The translations under genes and the position numbers were made by a program. The notes under the pieces are model-generated. The model ran no database searches. It had not been told where the DNA came from and saw nothing but the letters and a program-made list of their open reading frames with translations. A DNA stretch of 56,060 nucleotides from Aplysia californica (taxonomy: Eukaryota). This document shows positions 1-11,500 of the stretch, in pieces (position 1 is the first letter of the stretch; every line of letters starts with the position of its first letter). Location of the stretch: the NCBI RefSeq assembly GCF_000002075.1, contig NW_004797756.1:273242-329301 (forward strand). The letters run 5' to 3'.

Positions 1-32
<32 letters not shown>

Positions 33-190
33 ACAGCCTGTCTGTCTGTCTGTCTGTCTGTCTATCTGCCTGTCTGTCTGTCTCTTTTCTGCCCTTTCCT
101 CTCACCTTCCCTCTATATCTATTTCTCCCCCACCTCTCTTTCTCTTTCTCTTTCTCTCTCTCTCTCTCTCCCCCGTCTCTCTCTCTCCCC
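1..190. repeat. (TC)n/(TCTG)n compound microsatellite
   Basis: Direct reading. Confidence 0.95.
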
Positions 191-570
191 CTTTTCCTTT
201 TTTTTCTTCCTCTGTATCGCATGGTTGTTTAAGAAGAGAAGCCTGTGAATCATCGTTTTATTGTTCTTATTGTTCGTGATTAAAAGCAACAGAAAAAAGC
301 AAAACAAAACCGTAAAAATTAAACAATGAGTGACTGTTATATTTTAAGTGGCTGTGCCAGTGTGTGTGTCAGTTTGAAAGAACGTTCACTAAAAAGCTCA
401 AAAACGTTTTAGCGACTGGCAAATGTTGTGTTTATTTGAATTTGTTGATTTGTTATTACAATCTTTATTTGTGGGGAATGTATGAAGTATGTTACAATGA
501 TAATTGCCAGGGGCAGCAATTCAGTTAATTTCATGTATTTATAATAAGAAGAATTACTTCCCCTTTTCAG

Positions 571-711
571 ATTCAACTTCTGGCACCAGGGCGACTGGCA
601 GGAGGTGGTGGTGGATGATCGTCTGCCCACCTACCGTGGCCAGCTGGTCTTCATGCACTCCACAGAGAAGAACGAGTTCTGGAGCGCCCTGCTGGAGAAG
701 GCTTATGCCAA
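571..711 (+). CDS. Calpain exon, protease core PC1
   Basis: ccccttttcag|A TTC...GCC AA|gtgagg; [47 protein letters not shown]. Confidence 0.95.
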
Positions 712-2524
712 GTGAGGAGTTATTGTAGAAATGTTGTGTCATAGTGTTTTAGTAGGGTTTTTTTTGTTTGTGTGTGTAATATGCCTAATTTACGAGTTGT
801 TTTAACTCTTTATCTCTGAAGGGGATAAACCCAACACGCCGGGGCCCTTTTTTGGTACTAATTCTAAAAATGACGAAAACATCACTAAATGGGTAATTGA
901 ATCGAAACTAGAGAGCCTATTATGATTATGATAGTACTTCATCTAATGAATGAACTTCCGGTAAAAGAAACCTGTTTTCGGCAATTGCCGAAAAGTAATT
1001 TGATGTCGGAGTCATCGCAAAGGAATGTTCCCGAGCCGCTGTCAGTGGCTTTCCGGAGATAAAGAGCGAAGGAAAGTGAGCTTCAGTTACATAGACAGTA
1101 TAGAGTTGGAGGATAGTTTATTTTCAAAACTAAACTTCGATCTCATTGATAGAGATAGAAATAGAATCTTCCTATGATGGGCTATAAACCCATCTTCATG
1201 CCCATGGATTTCGCTGTTTAATTCTTTAGTAGAAATTAGTGGACTAAACACAGTTTTAAAAAAATGATATTGTCTGTGTTGCAAGAAATGGATGTTTCCT
1301 CCAAAACTCAAATTTTATTCTAAACGCAAAAGAAGATTTGACATACTGATTTTTCTTTGATTAATTTTGCATTTAAAGTAAAAGCTATATACTGTGCCAT
1401 CTAGATCTCAATCTAGTCAAGAAAAGTTGTCTTCATTTCGCAATGAAAGATTTGAACTATTAAAAATGCTTGCTGTTAGTGCAAGCCATTAAGTAAAAGT
1501 TTTCTTTGGGTTAAACTTTGTGCTTCTTTATCCAAGTTTTGATAAGATAAAAAAAATAAAGAGAGTTTGTTACTGTTTTAAATTTGTCTGGATTTTGTAC
1601 ACTGTGTTGTTATTTTTAATAAATCTCGAGAGATTGCATACACCACCGGTTACATGTGACATTGAAAACTTACGAGCTGCAATTTTGATATTTTTCAGGT
1701 TGATGGGTTCATACGAGTCCTTGAAAGGTGGCAGCACCAGCGAGGCTATGGAAGATTTCACGGGCGGTGTGACTGAGATGTTTGAGCTGCAGGGTGCTCC
1801 CCCTAACCTGCTGCGCATCATGATCAAGGCCTGCGAGCGTGGCTCTCTCATGGGCTGCTCTATCGATGTAAGATCTGATGAAATGAGATAATGTATGAGT
1901 GAGGCATTGTGGTGAAATCAGGCACTCGTCAAAATAATGAAATTAAAGAAACTGACATTTGTCCGCCTGTTTGGACATTTTTATGGATTTGTCTTTGTTG
2001 GGCTCTACACGTTTTATATGTTTTTAAAACGCTTTTATATATGGAATTTTCTAAAAGATGATGACCGAGAGCACCAAAAATGTAAATTTCCAGTTTCCAA
2101 ATTCTCTCAAGCTATGGAATTCACCAAACTTTGGTGGCCATTCTCTTGCTTATTTTACCTCTGAAACTGGGCAACCCCCACCTCCTTAAATCAGCAATAT
2201 CTTTGCATTTATTCAAGATAAATAAGTATTTTTTTCTTTAAAACGAGACAAATGAACAAGCTTTAATATGATATCAATAATTCCTCAGGCTCAAAAATTG
2301 ATGAGCACCTTATTCCACTTTGTCTTGACGCATATATCGTCTCAGTTTCTAACTCTGAACTGCCTGTATCCGCCAAATTAGGTTAAACACTTCTTTTGTC
2401 TGACATCATGTTATTCACAACCGCAATTACAATTGTTGATAAAATAAGTAAAAAGAACATTGAACTCAAAGTTTTGAGCAATTGTAGAAGTTTGTGGGAA
2501 AGAATAGAATTCTCTCCCCCCCCC

Positions 2525-2578
<54 letters not shown>

Positions 2579-5500
2579 CCCCCCTGGAAAAAGTGTTTGA
2601 TCTAATTTGGCAGAAACACAGTTACTGTCAGACTACGCACTTTCTTTCCTTCTGATGTTTATGTCTGTCTGTCTTGCTTTGTCCTTGCACTTAATATAGT
2701 AAGTGTCTGTGTGCTCTGCGGCATGCTGTTTGCACTTTACAGGTATTGCAAAAATAAAACTGAATGATACAATGATGTTCTTTCAGGCTGACCCAAACCA
2801 GCTTGAAGCTGAACTGGCCAACGGACTCATTATGGGACACGCTTACAGTGTGACCAGTGTCAAATTGGTATGTATACACCTATGGTGATATTTCTTTTGT
2901 TGCTTCTGGTCGCTTTTAAGGACAAGCGGGCCTACCCAGATTTCATGTGTTTCGAGAAATCTTGACCTACACCAAAAGTGGGCATTGCCATACCTATAGG
3001 AGAAGTTTGGTTTCATTGGTGTGTAGGCCTATATTTATTTGGTTATAGAGAAAACTCTCCTTGTCTTTTAAAGAAACTGAACTAGGGGCAAAAGCTTTAC
3101 CTTCGATATTCTCAAAACAGCATTTTGTGGGATAGTTCCCTTGTGCTTAAAAGCGACCATCTCTGTTTATTTGTTGTCAAAACTGTGTTTGTTACTCTCT
3201 TGTAACACCTTTAATCTTCCTTATTGTGTTGCAAGTGCTGTAAAACTCGTACTAAAACAGAAGCAATTGATGAGTGTCACTCAGGTGTGTTGTGTAGCTG
3301 TGCTGTGTCCTGTGTCCGTTCACCTAAGTGAATTGTCGTCGGTCACTGTCAACCACTCGAACGAATAGTATGGTTTTAAAAATTTAGCTTAGCTTTCCTT
3401 AGCTCCCCTTGGACAATGTGACATTTGAAGCATAAGGCTATGTGGGTACCCACCACCGCTTCGAAGCGCAGTGAATGTTTTTTGTTTTTTGTAGGCTGTA
3501 ATATACATACTTAGCTCCCCTTGCCCAATCGCGACGAGTCGTGCATGGTTAGGGTCAGGGGACCGACAGTCGTGTTTTGATTTTAAAAAGACCAAAAACA
3601 TCAGCCAGTCACCACACACGCTGGGTCTGTTAGGCTTGCACAATGCACATTGGGTTTGTAAGAGCAGTGGGGGGATGGCAGGGACCATTGAAATGAAAGA
3701 TAGTGAGTATTATAAGCCATGCTGGCCACATGCTCACCTCTTTTTATTATTCCCCCTCTCCCCTCCCCTCGTGTCATTGTTGCCTTTCTTCGAACGTTTT
3801 ACCACCGCGCTGTGCAAACCACGGCCACAGCAAGTGAAGAGGCAGGCATACACTTAGCTCAAAACTACTGGATGAGAAGTACTGTGAAAAGTTACAATTT
3901 AATAGTGAAAACTGCCGAAAGACTCATACCTATTCGCACGTGGTATTCGGATAGTGTGGATAGTGACCCCGCGCTTTGAAGCTTCGACGAAGTTTTTTTT
4001 CTTCTCAAAATCGCACAGCACTAGTGGATGCTAGTGGTAGGCTCTTTTTCTTTTCTGTCCCTTTTTTTGTTTCTATCTGTCTGTCTTACATTTTCCCTGC
4101 ATTTAATGATTATCATTATGATGATGTGCTTCTCTTTATTCATACATGCTTATGTCAGTACAATAATAATGTTTAGCTCACAAATCATTGTTTGTAATTT
4201 TCACTGTCAGAGTTAAATATTAGAAGTATTTTTTCTCCCAATGTTCTGTTTCATAGTGTTGCTTACTTTAAGAACTTTTTTCCCTCTCCCAGGCTGATAT
4301 TCAGACTGCAAGAATGCAAGGTCAAATACCTATGGTTCGAGTCAGGAATCCATGGGGCAATGGGTCTGAATGGACAGGTGCTTGGAGTGATGGGTAAGTG
4401 TGATTGCATGGAGACTGAACTTTTTCACAGTTTGGTTAAACAGAAAATTTGATGTCCAGCAGCGTTAAAGTGATGTCTGATTTCCACTTACATCATGTCT
4501 TGAATGCAAAAAGAATTCTTTTTATTTTATGAGGTGGGTGCAGTTGTTGTTGTTGTTTGTGGTGGTGGTGGTGTTTCGTTTCTGCTGTTTCAATTTACGG
4601 AATATTGGAGAGTCGACTGGCAGGTCCTACTTCTTTATTCCCCCCGTTTTTTTCTATCTTACTTTTTACCTGCACCAAATGACATCAGCACTATTTTACA
4701 TCTGAAGAGGCTTTCCAATTTTCCTGTCTTCTCCTTTATTTCAGCTCACGTGAATGGAGTCTGCTCTCTGAAGAGGAAAAGGAAGAGCTTGGACTGAACT
4801 TTGAGGACGATGGAGAGTTTTGGTGAGTGATGTGCTTTTTCTCTTAATTGTTTTTGTATGTTTTGGATATTTGTTGGCACAGAATTGCTCCTTGTTATAA
4901 ATGATTTGAAAGGATATTTTCATTCTCTATATAATATTTAGTGCATGCTTAATGAGCGCCACTGGTAGTTTCACTTCTTTTTATTCCCTCCATTGTTTCC
5001 GACTGTATAGCTTTTTTTCCCCTGCACTTAATAACTGTTATTGTGTCAATGGGCATCTCCTTGCTCAAACTCCTCAAAGCACAATATTAAAGTTTTTTGC
5101 TGTAAAAGTTACTCAGTTAAAAAACAAACAAACCATGCTTCAATGTTCTTTATTATCGTCCTGATTATATTTATTAGCTTTCGAGGGTGTTCTTGCTAAG
5201 AGTAGTAGTCAAGTTTTACACACGTTGTCTCTGCTCATTCAGGATGTCGTTCCAAGACTTCACGGCTAACTTCCAGAAGCTGGAGATCTGCAACCTGGGG
5301 CCTGACTCACTGGATGAGGAGGACCTGACGGACAAGAAGAAGTGGGAGTGTCACAAGGAACACGGACAGTGGATCAAGCCTGTCTCCTCAGGCGGTTGCA
5401 GGAACTATTTAGGTAATTTTGGGCTTGTACCCTCAGTCTCTTTGTTCATATCAGAGGTCTTATTAAACTCAAACTATGCAGGGGGTGCTGGAGGTAGAGT

Positions 5501-8500
5501 GTGGATGAGCCTGGGCCACATCAAATATTCCACAAAGAAAAGGTTTCAAGTGTTTAAGAAGAAAGTGTAACTGATCTAATCTTCTCAAGTTTTACTAATA
5601 GCAGTTCGGAGCTATCGGTGGTTGTCATAAGCCTGAGCTATGGTAGCCTATAAGTGATACGCAGTATAAAAATCCGGGCCAGCACCTCGCCAAAAGATGC
5701 GTATGAGGAAAAGATGTGGGTTGCACAGACACTAAGACACTAAACTGTGATGTTAAGTATGGGCTGCAAAATATGGTGCTGTAAGCCTCAATTGGGAAAA
5801 TCTTCAGTGACTGTTTGTGTAGATGGCCGTATTGCACAGGTGGTCATCATGGCAGGTTCAACTGAATATTAAAAATCTATCTCTAGTTATTATTTACCCT
5901 TTTTAAAAAAATCGCATAGTTGCTGAGTAAGGCATCGTGATCAGACATATCAAGGTATAAATTCCATTTATTACCTTTCTTTGAACCCTTTAATTCCTGT
6001 GATGAAAGAGAAGCAGATTTTTGTTCAAACAGGCTGTTTTTTACTTACTGTCTTGTGGTTTTTCATGCAAGCTTCAAGTATTGCAATAATCCAACTAATT
6101 ACATATTTGAAATTTTTCCACTACAGATACTTTCTGGACAAACCCTCAGTTCCGAATGACCTTGACTGACCCAGATGATGATGATGAGGATGACCTCTGT
6201 ACAGCATTGGTTGCTGTGCTGCAGAAGGACAGACGCAAGAAGCGAAAGGAAGGCTTGGATCTTTTGACCATTGGTTATGTCATCTACAAGGTATAGTTTA
6301 ACTCTTTATCTCCGGCAAGCTGCTTCCTGCAGCTCGAGCACTTTCCTTTACAATGACTTTGACATCAAAATACTTTTCGGCAAATGCCGAAAACAGGTCT
6401 CTTTTATCGGGAGTTCATTCATAAGATGAAGAACAATTGAAATAGGTTCACTTGTTTTGATTTAACAACCCGTTTTGTGACGTTTTTGTCATTTTTAGAT
6501 ATAGTACCACAGAAGGGGCCCGAAATAGTGAGTTTACCGCTCACGGAGATAAAGAGTTAAAAAGTCTGGTTCATCTTCACTAAAATACAGTAATGAAACA
6601 TGTGGTTTGTCCTCTGTCATAAGTTTTGGTCCTTTGAACCAACATCTTCAGTGTAATGATTAAGTTCTACACTGCTGTATGCCAAAGATGTGTCTTCTTC
6701 AAGACTGATGTTGTAGTTAAGCACTTTGAAGAGACCAAACCACCTATTACATTTGGTTTAAGGATGATGAGAATTTTAATGTCTAGCTTCTTTCCTTTTG
6801 CATGTAGCATCAAAATAAATGCCCTTTAATTTTACTCTCACTCTTTTGTGCAGAAAGTCTGGAAAAAAATAAAGTGTTATATGTGTCCATAAGTTTTGTA
6901 TCCTTTCAAGATGGTAAGCAACAGTTTTTGGGTTTTTTCTTTCTTTTTAAATATTTTTTAAATAAAACTATTTGCTGAAAAGCTTTCTTAAAAAAATATT
7001 TTTTCTGTTCTTGCATTTGTCAGTTGGAAGATCCTGATGTTGGTCCTCTGGATATGAATTTCTTCAAGTACAATGCGTCTGTTGCAAAATCACCAACCTT
7101 CATCAACATGCGTGAAGTGTGTGGCAGGCACAAGCTACCTCCTGGTACCTATGCCATCCTTCCTTCGACGTTTGAGCCGCACTACGAGGGAGACTTCCTG
7201 ATGAGAATCTTTACTGAGAAGGCCAACGTTTCTGGGTAAGAAGCTTACAAGTTGCGTCAGTGACTGATCGCCAGTTGGAGCTTTGGTGAAAGTCTCTGTG
7301 AGGTGGATTTAATAATATTTGCAAAGGGTAGTTGATATAATTTCCTGTTTACCATTTGTTTTGAGTATAGTTTAGATCTTTGTGTTTGCCTGTTTTTTTG
7401 TCAGGGGTGGCATTCTCAAGCCTGAATCCAGTCTCATACAGGTGTAGGGACTGCTTTTGATTCAGTAAAAATTCTGTTAAGAGCCTATCTGGTCAAATAA
7501 TTGACTGAAGATTTATATTAATGGTCATGAATGGGTTGAACGTTTATTGAATTGTGAACCATTTGTCTTGCAGGGAAATTGACGAAAGGACGAGTTATGA
7601 GGAAGAAACTGTGAGTAATATGTCTAGCTGTTATGATATAGCTTATGTAAAGTCATATCGTTTCGCTGCAAACCTACCCCCACTGTCTTCTTCTTGGCTG
7701 CTGTACTGCCACTGCTCCGCAGCTACTGCTCTGCTCTATTGCTGTTCTGTCACCGTTCTGTTTGCTTGTAGTGTCCCCCTGTTGTCACTCATCATTTCAT
7801 CGTCCCCCCCATGTCTGTCTTTGTCATCCATCCGTTCATTCAAAGAATGATGTCTGGTTTTATATTCCTTTCTTTAAGTTTGATTCTATTAAGTTGATCA
7901 ACAGTCCCAATGTTTTTAGCCATGCTGTTATCATTTTTCTTTGGTTATTCATGCACTAGAAGCCTGTAGTATTGATGCACTCACAACATATTAGTTACTT
8001 TCCCTTTTCTTCAGATGTCACCATGTATTTATCTTATATCCCGTTTCATCAGTGTCATGCCATTACTAACACGGGGAAACTGGTGTCAAGGAAGGGCGAT
8101 TATGGATCATAGCTAACCTTTGGAGTAAGTTGAGAAACTGGAAAGTAAAGGGGAGGTTTGGAAACTCTGAAAATTTGGAAAATAGCCAGTTCTTTACAGT
8201 GTAAACAGCAGTCAAAGATCAGTCATAGGTGTTTATTTCTTCTACTTCATTAATGTAATGAGCTAGACCAAAGTTATTATTTTAATTAAAAATTAAATAA
8301 TTTTTTTGTTGGGGGGGGGGGGGGGGGGGGGGGGGATGGTATTGATTCAAATAATAACATTCTGTAAAATCTTGAATATGTTCATACTCAGTGGCAGAGT
8401 GACTTGTGTCAAAGGAATCACAAGATCAAGCTTTAGAATACGTGAAAAGTTGATTTGATGTTCAACATGTCCTTTTTTTTTTTTAGGAAAGAGACTAAAA

Positions 8501-11500
8501 TTACAGGAAGGTGGGTAGATTGTGAGCTGCTGTGGGATAAATGCTGAAGGGTAACAAAATATGTATATGGCAAAACTGTTAAAGAGAAACAGATAGATAG
8601 GCATGTGTCTTTTGAGGCATTTTAGCAGCAATCTGTGCTGCAAGGAGCATACAACTGCACGCAATCCACATGGACATTAAGGCAATGATGATAATTTTAC
8701 TATATAACTAACATTCATATCGAGCATTTCCATTTGCAAAGTACTGCTAACAAGAATTTTATGCACACATACGTTCACATTCATGCGTGTAGTATACTTT
8801 CTTTAATAATGAATTCTTTTAACAATTTCAGCCTTTACTCTTCATGATCATATATATATGTATTTAGACATGCTTCACCTTTATCACCTTCGAGTCTTGT
8901 GAACCCACATTTTCATTTCTACTTTTCCTGATTTTATTGAAATATATTACTGGAAAATTGCTTTGGGTCAGTATGTATAAAAACAGTGCACTTTTCCATT
9001 TGGGCGTTAAAAAATATCTAAACCTCACTTTATTTATCGCCGAGCTGATTTTTCGCAAAAAGTATTTTTTGTAGAGGAGGCGCTTTTCACATTTTCATCT
9101 GGCCCTCAGTGCTTTTTAGTAGTATTTTTTGCTCCTATAGACTTTTTCTTATTTCGATTATCACTGCTACAGTCTTTTGTCAATGTATTTGTTACTGTTT
9201 AGTTGAAGCAAGCTCCGGCACGTGTACCCCAGAGACCTGTGGGAGTAAGTTGCTTGCCCCTGCCTGTGATTTTGTTTTATAGCCGGAACTTATTATTTTT
9301 CTGGAATTTGAGTGTTCCATCAGTGTTTGTTGTTGACAAAAAAAAGCAAGTTTCCCCCTAAATATATGCATGGTTTTATTGAATGCTCTTGTGATTGTTT
9401 CCCAGAGAAACTGTAGTCATTTTGTTGTCCGTTTTGCTGTAAGCAGCCTGTTTTTTCTTTAAAAATTTTTTTTTAAATTTTGAGCTTGTCCATTGCATGT
9501 ATGTGAGTGACGTTTATACTTTCGTATTACTTTTGTATAATACTGCACATCCAAAGTGTTGACCCTCTGTTGAACTGATTTATGAGTTGTGGGAGCAGAA
9601 AAAAAAAATTTACTGCACTTCTTTAATTTGTTTTATTATTAATCTGCACACTTCACCACTCATGGGTCAATATTTTTCCCACTTACTCTTAATTCATTTG
9701 TCTATCCTGTGATCAACTCAGCCACAAATCAGACCCAAGCAATGAGTGGGACTAGTACATTACAAAGAAGAGTCCAGAGTAAAAGTACATAATAACCCTC
9801 CATTAGAAATTTACTTCACCTGTGCATATCTGGGGCCTCTGCTCTGTGTGGGTCCAAATGTGGATTGCTGTGATGATATGCACAGAAGACTTGTGGAACC
9901 TATTTGAAAAATGTGGGGTTCAGTTGGACTTTTACTGAGTCCAGATATAAGTTATTGAGTTGGATTAATGGGAGGCAATCATAAATAAATGACTGGGTCA
10001 GCACTTGGATTCACAACAGTGTGGATTGACTGTACTGATCCTATAAAGCATGCACGTCTTCCCACAAAGGTCATATCTTTCTCTACACAATATCGGCATG
10101 GATGAACAGTGAACAGCTGATCTGATGGTTGGATTCGCCGCTCCAAGAGTATACAAGGTTTCTGGATTTTCATCTGTGACATTCTTTGTAGTTTTTTAGT
10201 TTAAAAAAGTGTTCCCTCTGAAAGTGTTCGGATCTGGTTTAGTGTTTTTTAACTCCTCATAACAGCCTTGAAGTTTCGGTCTTGTATGTGGATGTATTCA
10301 AATGTGACGAGGGTCTTTACAATGTGCCAGATGGACGTTATTTTTGTCTGTTTTTGAGTGATGAAGGTAGGTTTCAGAGTATATAGAGGGTTTTATTTTT
10401 TCTCTATTTTACGTTCTACTGTTTTGCTTTGGATGTTCGTCATGTTCTCTTTGATCTTTTGTGGAGGATAGGCATGGCATTTCTCTTTCTCCTATTGGAT
10501 ATTCCTTCGAGTTTCCTCATCACTGGGAGAAAAATGTCCTGCCAGTTCATTTTGGTCTTTATGCCATTGAAAAGAGAATGGGAACAAGTTGTGTTTTACA
10601 TCCTAAGAAGTTTGGATTTGATTGTTGGTCTAATAAGCTTAATCGGTGTGAAAATCTTTTAATTTGTTGTGACTGAGCATGACGTTTTTTAAAATCAGTT
10701 TTTAGTGGCGGGTGCTGTGGTTTTCTAATTTTTGTGGACTAAATTGTTTTACTTGAGTGTTTGGTTCCCTTCTCTTGGGAGATGTACATTAAGCAGATTG
10801 GATCGAGAGCTTTCCTTTGATACTTGTCTCTAGAAAAGCCCTTTAGTTGTTTTCTGATCTGTTCCTTCTCCTTTGTCTTTGACTTGACATTCTATTAGCA
10901 GTTTTCTGTGGTCTGCCTGTCCTGCAGCCCCAGTTAAGTTTGATCAATGATGGATCTCCAGTTTTATGTCAAGATTATTCACAGCCAGACATTTTAATTT
11001 GTCTTCAGATTCGTTTTCTTTTTGAACAGCCTTTTTGTTTAGCTGTTATTTAACTGGTTTATGTTAGTTATGGAAAGGACATTTTCAATACTCTATGCTT
11101 TCTGTGATCATAGTTTGGATGTTCCAATATTGTGTTGTGGTTTGGGAGAGAGTAAATTTCTACATACGTACTGGTTTTTTTCCTCTACAGTGTCTATCTC
11201 ATCAAAATGGTTGTGTGTCCCCGTTTCTTTTTCTGATATTAAAACACAAATAGTGACCCCTCAAATAACAATATACAGGAAAATAACAGAATAATGTAAC
11301 TTATCTATGTAGAATACTGTCATGGTTGTATTTTCAATGACTGAAATAACAAGTATTGTGTATGTTCTGTGCAGAAGTAGCATGGACTAAATGCTAACAA
11401 AATGATAATTACTGTAAATTGTGCATTATAAAACATAACTTACATCATGTTTTGAAGTAGGTAGTTTTTTGACCAGCATTTTGCTGATGGCAGTTCACGT

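Noticed and set aside
31-307. Arg/Glu-rich ORFs, and similar ORFs at 18353-18651, 23693-23966, 29089-29443 and 54287-54613
   Set aside because: Translations of TC/GA, CA and AAT microsatellites; no coding signal
8053-8124. 72-nt phase-0 exon candidate ending gga|gtaagt with an in-frame TAG
   Set aside because: Acceptor is ambiguous and the peptide is not calpain-like; cannot be separated from chance without RNA data
8311-8335. G25 run (also a G-run near 46978 and C-runs near 2516 and 11952) as G-quadruplex elements
   Set aside because: Homopolymer runs recur through the window with no positional pattern, and their lengths are unreliable in assemblies
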